DNA of 64,000 nt from Eledone cirrhosa (Eukaryota): assembly GCA_964016885.1 (NCBI GenBank), contig OZ024751.1:50220001-50284000 (forward strand), written 5' to 3'. The notes under the pieces were generated by a model. That model ran no database searches. It saw only the letters and a program-made list of their open reading frames with translations, and was not told the DNA's origin. Shown in pieces: positions 12,880 to 27,768 of the stretch. The first letter of the stretch is position 1. Each line of letters starts with the position of its first letter. Made by a program: the position numbers and the translations under genes.

Positions 12880-13045
12880 GAAGAAGAATTGACCCCAGTA
12901 CTAAACTAGTACTTTTTTTATCGACCTTGAAAGGATGAAAGGCAAAGTTGACCTCGGTTGGATATGAACTCAGAGAGCAGAGAGCCGGGACGAATGCCAT
13001 AAAGTATTCTACCCAACGTTCTAATGACTCTACCAATTTGCCGCC
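12880..13045 (-). mobile_element. SINE family A, diverged copy
   Basis: ATCGACCTTGAAAGGATGAAAGGCAAAGTTGACCTCGG core on the minus strand. Confidence 0.8.
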
Positions 13046-13502
13046 TTTTGTTCACTCCTTTACATTCTTCAAATGGCAGTTCGCCAAAGAAAGGAATTAT
13101 CATTTTCCGTATTATCTCACAGCAATTACTGAAACGTATTTGTCAAATAGACCATAAATATTTTAAAACAATGGTGTATTACTACCTGTCTATGTGTTCG
13201 CTAATTATGTTCTATATTTCATTAAACTTCTAATTAGCCCAGGGTGGATACATTTCTCATTTAGAAACAAGTGTAGCGAGAGGAATTTCAATAAGTTTTT
13301 ACATCAATATTATAATGTTATTGTAGTGCCCAATGAATGGCATTTCCATCTGGATTCATTAGTATTGTCTAGCTTACTAACTAATAACCTGGAAATGTTT
13401 ATAAGAGACGTGATATTATATATAACTGCCCAATATGAGACTAGCTTAGGTTATCAACAGATATTTCATTTAAATACAAATATCCATATGTTAAGTAAAT
13501 AT

Positions 13503-13660
13503 AGTCACGGCTGTATGGTTAAGAAATTCCCAACAGAAAAAACCATGTTTTAAGATTCTATTCCACAGTGCGGCATATTGGGCAGTTGTTTTCTACCGTG
13601 GCTCCGATTTGACCAATACCGCGTGAGTGATTAAGTGGAATTTGTTAGACGGAACCGTAC
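13503..13660 (+). mobile_element. old tRNA-derived SINE (second family), degenerate
   Basis: GGCTGTATGGTTAAGAA A-box-like head, TTGGGCAGTTGTTTTCTAC middle and GGAATTTGTTAGACGGAA 3' part. It resembles a common octopus SINE from memory. A weaker copy may lie at ~57100-57245. Confidence 0.45.
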
Positions 13661-15150
13661 TTCACATAACTAGCCAGGAATATTTATGGGGGAAATCAAT
13701 ATTAGTCATTTAATTACTTCAGCAACTATGGGAGATAACACCAGACATGTTTCAGTGATATGATGACATCATCAGTGAAGTATAGAGTTCACTGTGCTTA
13801 CCGAAGTTTTGATGGAAGAATCCTGAAGTAAATGTATAATAATAGACACTGGCTGGTGTATAGGAATATTGTTGTTCATAGCATATATTACTCTGAGGCT
13901 CCATTTGCATAAGAAAACAACAGTTAAGTTGGTGTTGACGTATTTAATGCAGCAGGCTAAACAGAAATAATTATTTGATACCACACCGCATATCATCACT
14001 AATACTGAAATAAAAATATCTCTCCCTTTCTCTCATTCTTTCTTCCTTTCTCTTATTCTCTCTCTCCTTTTCTCTCTCTTTCTCTATCTCTCCTTCTCTC
14101 CTCCTCTCTCCCTCTCTCTCCTTCTGACTCTCTTGACTTCTTCGGTGTGTGTGTGCATGTGTATATGCCAGTGTGCAAGCGAGCATGTATAGCCAGTTAT
14201 TTAAGCATGTTTGTATTGTGCAATACAGAAAACTAAAGCTATTTATGCTGAAGAATGAAGTATAACATTTCCTTGTATTTTTAAATAGACTGCACAATTT
14301 ATAGTCCAAGCATAGCTATTGTCTGTGCTATTACAATCTATGAGGAAATGTGTAGAATCTTTCTTCGTCTGGGTTTCTTATAGCATTTTAGGCTAACATA
14401 AAGAATAAATGGACTGATTACAAACTTAGCAGTCTTGATTGACTCAACGTTTTCTTCCTTGGCTTTCTCCTTCTGGTTGTCTAAGTTATATATATATATA
14501 CATACACACATACACACATACACACATACACATATATACATTATATATATATATGTATGTGTGTGTATATATATATATATGTGTATATGTGTGTGTGTAT
14601 GTATATATATATATATATATAGTTAATAAATGAAACAAACAGAACACAGGAGGCAATTTTACAGTTATATCATGTTCAGTAGTGTGAGAAGATATATATG
14701 TACATATATACGTATATATATATTCTCCTTCCACACACTAATGAAAAACATATCAAAGGAAATTTTGAAAAATAATTCATCAAATATTCTAGCAAAATGT
14801 ATTTTCAACTCAGAACATATAGGGACATAAACTATATTCCGCAAAGCATGTGGTCCCCCGCTCTACCAATACTGCAAATCCACTACCCTTTATAATAACC
14901 TTATAGTAATGAACAAAACACCCTAAGCAATAAGCCCGAATAAGCAGAGAAGAATTGCACTTTTAAATCACACAATACATTCAATATTTCATGATGTTTT
15001 ACATTGTTCTGTTTTGACTAGAAACTCCAGCAATTGGTATAAAGAAGTTAAACATGAACTCATGCTGGCTGGATGAGACAATGAAGTTAAACAAGCTGGA
15101 AAAGACGCTTGCTGAGAGAGCTAACTGAGCATCAATGGATGTAGTCAGCC

Positions 15151-15245
<95 letters not shown>

Positions 15246-15247
15246 TC

Positions 15248-15325
<78 letters not shown>

Positions 15326-15401
15326 TACATATATATGTATATATACATATATGTGTGTATGTGTATGTGTATGTATGTATGCATGTACATATATGTGTGT
15401 G

Positions 15402-15479
<78 letters not shown>

Positions 15480-15807
15480 TATATACATATACATATATAT
15501 ATATATACAGATATATACCATACTCCATTTTCTTCTTCTTTATATATAGGACTGGTTACTATTCAAAATATCTTTCATAGAGTCGCTGGTAACAAATTAA
15601 CAGTAACAACAACAGCAACAATAACACCATCAATAACAGTAATATCGTATACTATATATACTCCCATAAGAGAATCCTTAATACAAGAACATTACGGCCA
15701 TTTTTTTCTTGTATATGTTTTTACGTTTTTCCCTTTTGACTGCTGGTTTTAGCCATTAGCTACCAGCTTTGCTGGTGTTCCATTCATATAATCTTTCTGG
15801 TAAGTAC

Positions 15808-15908
<101 letters not shown>

Positions 15909-15965
15909 CTTATATAAATTAAAGGTATAGAAAATATTGTAGCAAAAAGCCAACAGTATTCCATA

Positions 15966-15999
<34 letters not shown>

Positions 16000-16016
16000 A
16001 TGTATATATACATATC

Positions 16017-16047
<31 letters not shown>

Positions 16048-16196
16048 ATATATATATATATATATGTGTGTGTATATATATTCTATCTCTCTCAGACAAA
16101 GTCAAACTCAAACAATAACCATGCTGTTCTTTTGTCATATCACTAATATTTTCATTCTTACTCATAACAATGATGATGATGATGATAATGATGATA

Positions 16197-16229
<33 letters not shown>

Positions 16230-16289
16230 GTGATGATGCGAATGATGATGATGATAACAAATAGCAATAATGATTTCTAACTTAAGCAC

Positions 16290-17022
16290 ATGGCCTACAA
16301 CATGTGAGGAGGGGGGTAAGTTATTGATATTTTATTTCATTGCCCCTGTAGGGATTAAAGGCAAGACTAACCTTGTAGTGATTTCAACTCAGAACGTAAA
16401 GGGTTGTAACTCTATGACGCAAAGCATAATATCCGAGGCTAATAATAATAATTGTTTCTACTTTTGGCACAAGGCCAGCAATTACCCAGTACATTACTGG
16501 TACTGTATTTTATCGACCCCGTAAGGATGAAAGGCAAAGTTAACTTCGGCGGGATTTGAACTCAGAATGGAAAGGGCCGTAACTCTATGCTGCAAAGTAT
16601 GGCGTCAGACCCTCTAACGATTCTGCCAAGTCACCGCCCTCAATATAATAATTGTTTCTACTTTTGGCACAAGGCCAGCAATTACTCCAGTGTATTACTG
16701 GTACTTTATTTTATCGACACCGTAAGGTTGAAAGGCAAAGTTAACCTCGGCGGGATTTGAACTCAGATCATAAAGGGACGTAACTCTATGCTTCAAAGCA
16801 TGGTTGATTTTTAGCATAGGTACAAGGCCAGTAATTTGGGGGGAAGGGAAAGTCGATTAAATTGACCCCAGTACATTACTGGTGCTTTATTTTATCGACC
16901 CTGTAAGGATGAAAGGCAAAGCTTAACCTCGGCGGGATTTGAACTAAGACCGTAAGGGGCCGTAACTCTATGCTGTAAAGCATGGTGTCCGACTCTCTAT
17001 CGATACTGCCAATCCACCGCCC
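16290..17022 (-). mobile_element. head-to-tail array of four SINE A copies
   Basis: Copies at ~16290-16435 (old), 16450-16639, 16649-16803 and 16808-17022, followed by (AAT)n(GAA)n. Confidence 0.9.
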
Positions 17023-17093
<71 letters not shown>

Positions 17094-17479
17094 AAGAAGA
17101 AGAAGAAGAAGAAGAAGAAGAAGAAGAAGAGTAACAACAACAGCATTAACAACAAATATATATGTAAATAGATAGATATAACAAAGGAATAACTACGAGA
17201 ATTCTAAGAAAAAATTCTATAAATATGTATTGATAATTATTCTTCCGTATCTTGCCATTATTTCCCTTCCTTTTTGTCTCCCCTGCTATTATTGTTGTTG
17301 TTGTTGGTGGTGGTGGCGGTGGTGGCAGTGGTGGTGGTGGTCGTGGTGGCAGTGGTGATGCAATACAAAACATGTCTACTACATATAAATAGATACTGGA
17401 GACCAATAATGAGCAGCAATCACTACTATTATATTGATGTCTGTTTTATTGTAGCTTTCAATGCCGTAGAGGCTGGTAT

Positions 17480-17710
17480 TGTTGTTATTTAGCCCTAACC
17501 CAGCCATGATCAAGTAGACTCTATGATCAAAAGGATTCCAGCTCTGGCCATCCCGATGTGTTTTCTTTTTTCCATATATTCAAAGAGGAACTGAAGTCCA
17601 TGTCCTCCAATGTATCTTTCTCTAAGATAGTTGGTATATGGTTTGAAAGAGGTTTTAGCTGCTATTTTCAGTAAGGGAAGTTCATCCCTATAAAGGCTTC
17701 TTCATTGGCT
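17480..17710 (+). repeat. ancient interspersed repeat (unclassified)
   Basis: TTTAGCCCT...GATCAAGTAGAC..ATGATCAAAAGG.TTCCAGC..TGGCCATC ... GCTGCTATTT. Weaker relatives occur at ~11075-11145, ~12270-12470 and ~56600-56870. Confidence 0.45.
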
Positions 17711-17829
17711 GTGATCTTTGTTTATGTTTAACAGAGCAATGAGTGAAATGACTCCTGATAATTAGCTATGGAGCATAATTGTTATCTACTTTGTCATTTA
17801 CCTTTATCAATAATTTAAGAGCCTTTTAT

Positions 17830-18712
17830 TTTGTTATCTGCTATATATAAACATATCTTGTCAACTATATTTTTTGTTATCTGTTATATATAAACATATT
17901 ATGTCGACTATATTTTGTTATCTGTTATATATAAACATATTATGTCGACTATATTTTGTTATCTGTTATATATAAACATATTATGTCGACTATATTTTAT
18001 TATCTGTTATATATAAACATATTATGTCAACTATATTTTGTTATATATAAACATATGTCGACCATATTTTGTTATCTGTTATATATAAACATATCATGTC
18101 AACTATATTTTTTGTTATCTGTTATATATAAACATATTATGTCGACTATATTTTGTTATCTGTTATATATAAACATATTATGTCGACTATATTTTGTTAT
18201 CTGTTATATATAAACATATCATGTCAACTATATTTTTTGTTATCTGTTATATATAAACATATTATGTCGACTATATTTTATTATCTGTTATATATAAACA
18301 TATTATGTCAACTATATTTTGTTATCTGTTATATAAAACATATTATGTCAACTATATTTTATTATCTGTTATATATAAACATATCATGTCAACTATATTT
18401 TTTGTTATATGTTATATATAAACATATTATGTCGACTATATTTTGTTATCTGTTATATATAAACGTATTATGTCGTCTATATTTTATTATCTGTTATATA
18501 TAAACATATTATGTCGACTATATTTTATTATCTGTTATATATAAACATATTATGACGACTATATTTTGTTATCTGTTATATATAAACATATTATGTCGAC
18601 TATATTTTGTTATCTGTTATATATATAAACATATTATGTCGACTATATTTAGTTATCTGTTATATATAAACATATTATGTCAACTATATCTTTATTAGTT
18701 ATCTGTTATATA
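17830..18712. repeat. 41-bp AT-rich minisatellite (~21 copies)
   Basis: Unit TATCTGTTATATATAAACATATTATGTCGACTATATTTTGT; CTGTT at 17881 recurs at 17922. Confidence 0.95.
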
Positions 18713-18742
18713 TTCACTTTAATATTCCTTTACATTATTATT

Positions 18743-19190
18743 GGCAGGTGGATTGGCAGTATCGGTAGAGGGTCGGACGCCATGCTTTCCAGCATAGTTA
18801 CGTCCCTTTACGATCTGAGTTCAAATCCCGCCGAGGTTGACTTTGCCTTTCATCCTTACGGGGTCGATAAAATAAAGTACCAGTAATGCACTCGATAATT
18901 GCTGGCCTTGTGCCTAAAGTCGAAACAATTATTATTGGCAGTATCGGTAGAGGGTCGGCCGCCATGCTTTGATGTATAGTTACGGCCCTTGTCATTCTGA
19001 GTTCAAATCCAGCCGAGGTTAACTTTGCCTTTCATCCTTACGGGGTCGATAAAATAAAGTACCAGTAATGCACTGGGTTATTGCTGGCCTTGTGCCAAAA
19101 GTCGAAACAATTATTTCTTCTGGCTGTTTATGTTTCCAGTTCAATTCCCGCTGAAATCAACTTTGCTGTTCATCCAACCGAGGTCATTAA
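18743..19190 (+). mobile_element. tandem SINE A copies
   Basis: Copies at 18743-18930 and 18935-19113, plus a partial copy at ~19125-19190. Confidence 0.9.
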
Positions 19191-19326
19191 CATAGACATA
19201 ATTCTATGTTGCAAAGCATATTGTCTGACATTCTACTGGTACTGCCAGTAGCAGTAGAATGTCAGACAATATGCTTTGCAACATAGAATTATGTCTATGT
19301 TAATGACCTCGGTTGGATGAACAGCA
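19164..19326. repeat. perfect 75-bp-arm inverted repeat with 13-nt spacer
   Basis: 19164-19238 is the exact reverse complement of 19252-19326. Confidence 0.9.
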
Positions 19327-19348
19327 TCGTATATTTATATATATCGTA

Positions 19349-19379
<31 letters not shown>

Positions 19380-20035
19380 CTGACTGATGTTTCTCCATAT
19401 GTCAGATGGTCAAAAACATACACTTATTTGTATAAATATTTGATTGGCTATTACAGACATACACTCTCTCACACACACACTCACACACACAAACACACAT
19501 ACATAAGTACACATGCATACACACATGTCAGCATAGGCATACAGACATTTAGCCATCATTTAGTAGAGAAGAAACCGTATGAGGAAATGGAAGGTGAAAT
19601 AGTGTAGCATGATTAGTAGGTAACTGGCAGAGGAGCAGCGAAATGGTGAGACTCTCACTGTGATGTCAAGAGCCATGCCAAAATCAAGATTAAAGTCATA
19701 GCTACATATATATATATATATATGTAAATATGATAATAATGGAGCTGCGGCGCTGCAAATGGGTTACATATGAAAAAGTTTGTCCTCATCAGTGGCCTTC
19801 CAACCGTCGTAGGCATTTCGTCGCATATATATATTTTCCATCTCTCTATTGTGTTGCATGCATTTCTTCTTTTTCTTCTTTTTCTTCGTTTTCTTTCTTT
19901 CCTTTCTTTCTTTCCTTCTTTCTCTCTTTCTTTCTTTCTGTTTACAATTTTTTCACTGCCAAATCAACTTTTTCAAATACAAGTCGATGTTGAACGGTAT
20001 GTCAAATCTATTTATCTATAAAACTGTCTATATTG

Positions 20036-20145
20036 TATGTTGTCTGAGGAAGGCATAACATATTGTTAATATGATATCCCTGAAATATATATAATGAAAT
20101 AAATATGGTTTTATAAATATAGTTTCCATTTATTTAATATCGTAT
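20036..20145 (+). mobile_element. hammerhead-bearing fragment related to family C
   Basis: CTGAGGA-aggcataacatatt-gtt-aatatgatatccct-GAAA-tatatATA, then the family-C 3' tail AAATAAATATGGTTTTATAAATATAGTTTCCATTT (also at 58512-58580 and 44720-44775). Confidence 0.6.
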
Positions 20146-20155
20146 ATTTATATAT

Positions 20156-20203
<48 letters not shown>

Positions 20204-20402
20204 GTCTGTTTGTGGGTATGTATGTATTATGTATCCAGGATTCAATCACGGGTAACCACAGTAAGTAGGGCACTCAATACATAGCAGAGTATAAAATATT
20301 TAATGTAGAAATAGCTTCTACGGGACGAGAACTGTAGAAGCCATTTATATATATATATATATATATATATTACTTATTTATGTTTATATATTTACCTTTT
20401 AC

Positions 20403-20468
<66 letters not shown>

Positions 20469-20471
20469 TTA

Positions 20472-20595
20472 ACATATGTTGATGCCCTAAGGACAGACAC
20501 TGGTCTGTTGGAGATGCAGGATATGGCAGCGATAATGAGGGACAGAGACCGCTGGAGAGAACTCGTCCATGGATCTCGGGAATTTTACCCGCCTT

Positions 20596-20600
<5 letters not shown>
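20472..20600 (+). mobile_element. RTE-X-like LINE extreme 3' fragment
   Basis: Same sequence as 55297-55456 and 51540-51675 (inverted). Encodes YVDALRTDTGL...MRDRDRWRELVHGSREFYPP. Confidence 0.8.
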
Positions 20601-20657
<57 letters not shown>

Positions 20658-20842
20658 TTTATATATATACATACATATATATATTCTTAACCCCTCTATC
20701 AGGCTAAATAATTTCTTTAATTTCTTTAGTCAAAATAGTTTACATTTATAATTTCAAACTCGCTCGCTGTTTCGAAAATATTCTTACTTGACATTACAGT
20801 TGCTAAGATTATAGCTTCTAATTTGAATGGAAGAAGACGGGT

Positions 20843-20913
20843 GATGTGTTGGTGTAATGGTAGTACAGTGGTCTGGATAAACAAAGGTGCGGGTTCGACT
20901 CCCATGTACGTCA
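20843..20913 (+). pseudogene. tRNA-like sequence (pseudo-tRNA or SINE head)
   Basis: 71 nt. Acceptor stem GATGTGT/GTACGTC pairs with wobbles, A box is TGGTGTAATGG, T arm is GGG-TTCGACT-CCC, and TTTTT follows 9 nt downstream. The anticodon stem is mismatched. Confidence 0.55.
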
Positions 20914-22664
20914 ATACTCATCTTTTTCCATTTCTCCGAGGGTTCTTAACCCCACTATCAGGGTAAATAATTGCTTTAGTCAAAATACGGCGATAGCTTA
21001 TATTTATAATATATATATATATATTCAAATATGTGATTGGGAATATAAGAACACATGAATATTAGTATGTAGATGTGTGTCTACATATATATGTGACTAT
21101 GTCGGTAACATTCAAAGGAGAATTTGCATTTTTTTGTTATCTCTTCCTAATTGGTCAGATAAACTTTCAATGTTTCCCAAATCCACTGATTGAGAGACAA
21201 AGTTCCACTTTAAAGAAATGACAAGTAGTAGTAGTAGTAGTAGTACTAGTAGTAGTAGTAGTGGGGCTTGGGTATGGATAAATAAATGATAGACATCTAT
21301 TGTTAATTTCATGTCTCTATCACAAGAGATGTGGGCTCTAATATATGTTTATATATACATGTGTATGTATGTATATATGTATGTATATATGTATGTATAT
21401 ATGTATGCATATATGTATATGTGTGTGTAATGTACGTGAACATATATGTGAGTATATATGTGTGTGAATATATATGTATGTGACAGAAAACGAGAAAAAG
21501 TAAATATTCGTTTTTGATGTACATATGTGTGTGTGTATATATATATATATAAATATATGTGTGTGTATGTGTGTTTGTGAGTGTGTGTGTGTACCTGAGT
21601 GTGTATGGCTGTGTGCGTGGCTGTGTACGTGTGTATGTGTGTGTGTATCTATGTGAAAGTGTGCAGCAGTGTGCATGAGTGTGTGATTGTGCATGTGTAT
21701 GTTGAGCATGTGCATGTATGTGTATGTGTATGTGTGTGTGTGTGAATGTGTGTGTGTGTGTGCGAGTGTGCGTGTATTTGTGTGGCTGTTTGCGTATTTT
21801 CATCTGTGTTTTTATATCCTTTGTTTCTTCGTTAGAACTTGTTACAAGAGCAAATGCCATTAACTTTCTGAACTGAAGATTTAGCCTTGAAATCAGATGG
21901 CTTCTGCAACTAATTTACGTTGGACAGATTGAAAATCTGTCATTTTGCTGTCGTTTGTTTGTATTTTTCATATTTATGGAAAGCTGAGATTTTTCTCTAA
22001 CAGACAACCTTCCAGTGACAGACAGATTAATATGTCACCTTTTAGTTCCCTTTAGGTAATACAGGCTGTATTATATTTCTTTTTTGTCATTAGAGTAAAT
22101 GTTGTTGATGTAGAAATGCGTTGTTGTTATGGTAATTGTTGTTGATGTAGAAATGCGTTGTTGTTATGCTAATTGTTGTTATGGTAATTGTTGTTGATGT
22201 AGAAATTCATTGTTGTTATGGTGATTTTTGCTGTTATATATAAATATATATATATTTACATTCATTTAAATTATTGACGTATTGTTTTATTGATATTTTT
22301 TATATGTTTGGCCCGAATCTTCCTTTATCGATTTTAAATCGTATGGTTGATTGTAGACTTGTTCTATATGTGACGGTATTTTAACGATAGTTATAGCTCT
22401 GATTCATCTGAATTATTGAGCCCTCTGCCGCTCATATCGAATTTCGTTTTTCGTGAACTCGTGCGCCGATTTTTCGATACTCGATCTTTCTAATATATAT
22501 ATATATATATAAAATATTATAAAAAGGAATAATAGATACAATATACCTATTTTATCTTTAGTCCCGACTGTACAGTTTCGCTGGTTACTATGCAAAAATG
22601 TTATATCATAGATATGTAACATTGTTGTGTGTGTGTGTGTGTGTGCGTGTGTATATGTGCGTAT

Positions 22665-22737
22665 GTGCCTAAGTATACGTGTAGCATCATATATATATAT
22701 ATGTGTGTGTGTGTATGCCTAAGTATATGTGTATCAT

Positions 22738-22768
<31 letters not shown>

Positions 22769-23058
22769 ATGTGTGTATGCCTAAGTATACGTGTAGCATC
22801 ATATATATATATGTGTGTGTCTGTGTGTATGCCTAAGTATATGTGTATCATTATATATATATGTGTGTGTGTGAGTGTGTGTGTATGCCTAAGTATACGT
22901 GTAGCATCATATATATATGTGTGTGTGTGTGTGTATGCCTAAGTATACGTGTAGCCTCATATATATATATGTGTGTGTGTGTGTATGCCTAAGTATACGT
23001 GTAGCATCATATATATATATGTGTGTGTGTGCGTATGCCTAAGTATACGTGTAGCATC

Positions 23059-23101
<43 letters not shown>

Positions 23102-23171
23102 CCTAAGTATACGTGTCGCATCATATATATATATGTGTGTGTGTGTGTATGCCTAAGTATATGTGTATCTT

Positions 23172-23206
<35 letters not shown>

Positions 23207-23420
23207 ATGCCTAAGTATACGTGTAGCATCATATATATATGTGTGTGTGTGTGTGTATGCCTAAGTATATGTGTATCATTATATATATATATATGTGTAT
23301 GTGTGTATGTGTGTATGCCTAAGTATACGTGTAGCATCATATATATATATGTGTGTGTGTGTGTGTATGCCTAAGTATATGTGTATCATTATATATATAT
23401 GTGTGTGTGTGTGTGTGTAT
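22665..23420. repeat. compound minisatellite GCCTAAGTAT(A)CGTGTAGCATC(AT)n(GT)n, ~15 copies
   Basis: A fixed ~23-bp core alternates with variable dinucleotide tracts. Confidence 0.9.
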
Positions 23421-23626
23421 ATATTTAAAATAGATCTCTCAGGAATACTGCTGGAAGCACAACGGGAGCAATGCTCTACATACTTACAGTGGTTAATAAC
23501 AAACAGAAAACTCATTTCTAGCTAATCATCTTTATGATGACATCTTTGCCAACATTTCACTATAACATTCTAAGTGTTTAAAAAAAAAAAAAAACATTTT
23601 AATACAAGCAATAATCTGTGCTGGCT

Positions 23627-25280
<1,654 letters not shown>

Positions 25281-25469
25281 TTTTGCTGTACATTAATGTT
25301 GTTGATGCTAGTCATACAGCGGATTAGCTAGAAGCAAAACAAACTATCATGTGTCAACAGAGAATGATTATCAGTGACTGTGATAACTAAGTCGTGTTTT
25401 ACAGGTAACACTTCAACAGTGTCACTTTATCTTGAAGACCTGTTGAGGATCCAATGAAATACAATATAG

Positions 25470-25691
25470 AAAACAATAGCTATAGCAGCAACAACAACAA
25501 CAACAACAACAATAACAGCAGCAACAACAATGACAGCAACATCAGCTAGAACAACGACAGCAACAAAAATATATAACAACCACAACAAAATAACAACAAA
25601 AACAACAATAGCAACAACAACAGCAACAACAACAACAACAAGAATAGCATCAACAACAACAACATCAACAACAACAACAGCAACAACAACA

Positions 25692-25726
<35 letters not shown>

Positions 25727-25764
25727 AACAACAACAACAACAGCAACAACAACAACAACAATAG

Positions 25765-25853
<89 letters not shown>

Positions 25854-26016
25854 GCAACAACAACAGCAACAACAACAACAACAATAGCATCAACGACAAC
25901 AACAACAACATCAACAACATCATCAACAACAACAGCAACAACAACAACAGCAACAACAACAACAACAACAACATCAACAACATCATCAACAACAACAGCA
26001 ACAACAACAACAGCAA

Positions 26017-26048
<32 letters not shown>

Positions 26049-26082
26049 GCAACAACAACAGCAACAACAACAACAACAATAG

Positions 26083-26114
<32 letters not shown>

Positions 26115-26146
26115 TCATCAACAACAACAGCAACAACAACAACAGC

Positions 26147-26192
<46 letters not shown>

Positions 26193-26242
26193 GCATCAAC
26201 AACAACAGCAACAACAACAACAGCATCAACAACAACAACAAG
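25470..26242. repeat. degenerate (AAC)n trinucleotide field
   Basis: AAC/AGC/ATC repeats with higher-order blocks. Confidence 0.95.
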
Positions 26243-26309
26243 TGTTGCAACTGCTGCACCGACATCCAATAACAATGGAGAACAGGAAATAAATGATGTT
26301 AAAAGCCTT

Positions 26310-27755
26310 CCTACATCAAGAAGATGTGGTGTCTTTGAGGTCCCTCACCCACATCTAGAAGAGGCGGTCCCTCTGTAGTGCCCTCACCCACATCTAGAAG
26401 GGGGGGGGGTGTTTCTGTAGTACCATCACCCACATCTAGAAGGGGGGGGGGGTGTTTCTGTAGTACCATCACCCACATCTAGAGGGTGTGGTGTCTGTAG
26501 TGCCTTCACCCACATCTAGAGGGTGTGGTGTCTGTAGTGCCCTCATCCACATCTAGAGGGTGTGGTGTCTGTAGTGCCCTCATCCACATCTAGAGGGTGT
26601 GGTGTCTGTAGTGCCCTCATCCACATCTAGAGGGCGTGGTGTCTGTAGTGCCCTCACCCACATCTAGAGGGGGGTGTCTTTGAGGTCCCTCACCCACATC
26701 TAGAAGGGGGTAGTGTTTCTGTAGTACCCTCACCCACATCTAGAGGGTGTGGTGTCTGTAGTGCCTTCACCCACATCTAGAGGGTGTGGTGTCTGTAGTG
26801 CCCTCACCCACATCTAGAGGGTGTGGTGTCTGTAGTGCCCTCATCCACATCTAGAGGGTGTGGTGTCTGTAGTGCCCTCATCCACATCTAGAGGGTGTGG
26901 TGTCTGTAGTGCCTTCACCCACATCTAGAGGGTGTGGTGTCTGTAGTGCCTTCACCCACATCTAGAGGGTGTGGTGTCTGTAGTGCCCTCATCCACATCT
27001 AGAGGGTGTGGTGTCTGTAGTGCCCTCACCCACATCTAGAGGGTATGGTGTCTGTAGTGCCCTCATCCACATCTAGAGGGCGTGGTGTCTGTAGTGCCCT
27101 CACCCACATCTAGAGGGGGGTGCCTTTGAGGTCCCTCACCCACATCTAGAAGGGGGTAGTGTTTCTGTAGTACCCTCACCCACATCTAGAGGGTGTGGTG
27201 TCTGTAGTGCCTTCACCCACATCTAGAGGGTGTGGTGTCTGTAGTGCCTTCACCCACATCTAGAGGGTGTGGTGTCTGTAGTGCCCTCATCCACATCTAG
27301 AGGGTGTGGTGTCTGTAGTGCCCTCACCCACATCTAGAGGGTATGGTGTCTGTAGTGCCCTCATCCACATCTAGAGGGCGTGGTGTCTGTAGTGCCCTCA
27401 CCCACATCTAGAGGGGGGTGTCTTTGAGGTCCCTCACCCACATCTAGAAGGGGGTAGTGTTTCTGTAGTACCCTCACCCACATCTAGAAGGGGGTGGTAT
27501 ATCTGTAGTGCCCTCACCCACATCTAGAGGGTGTGGTGTATGTAGTGCCCTCATCCACATCTAGAGGGTGTGGTGTCTGTAGTGCTCTCATCCACATCTA
27601 GAGGGTGTGGTGTCTCTGTAGTGCCCTCACCCACATCTAGAGCGTGTGGTGTCTCTGTAGTGCCCTCACCCACATCTAGAGGGGGTGGTGTCTCTGAGGT
27701 ACCTCACCCACATCTAGAGGGGGTGTCGCTGTGTGCTCTGTCACACACATCTAAC
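26310..27755. repeat. 37-bp GC-rich minisatellite (~38 copies) with higher-order variants
   Basis: Unit CCCACATCTAGAGGGTGTGGTGTCTGTAGTGCCCTCA, with TCTAGA in each unit. Confidence 0.95.
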
Positions 27756-27768
27756 ACCAAGACTACTA

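Noticed and set aside
15022-15128. Possible + strand terminal exon (ETPAIGIKKLNMNSCWLDE...)
   Set aside because: It is short, has no recognisable homology, and no upstream partner exon was found.
19770-19825. GAAA...CTGATGA on the minus strand (also 45062-45120), possible type II hammerhead
   Set aside because: The stem II strands are not complementary. It is probably a truncated pLTR piece.
22665-23420. CRISPR-like repeat-spacer appearance
   Set aside because: The spacers are only (AT)n(GT)n tracts, the context is eukaryotic, and no cas genes are present. The 37-, 41- and 33-bp arrays have no spacers at all.
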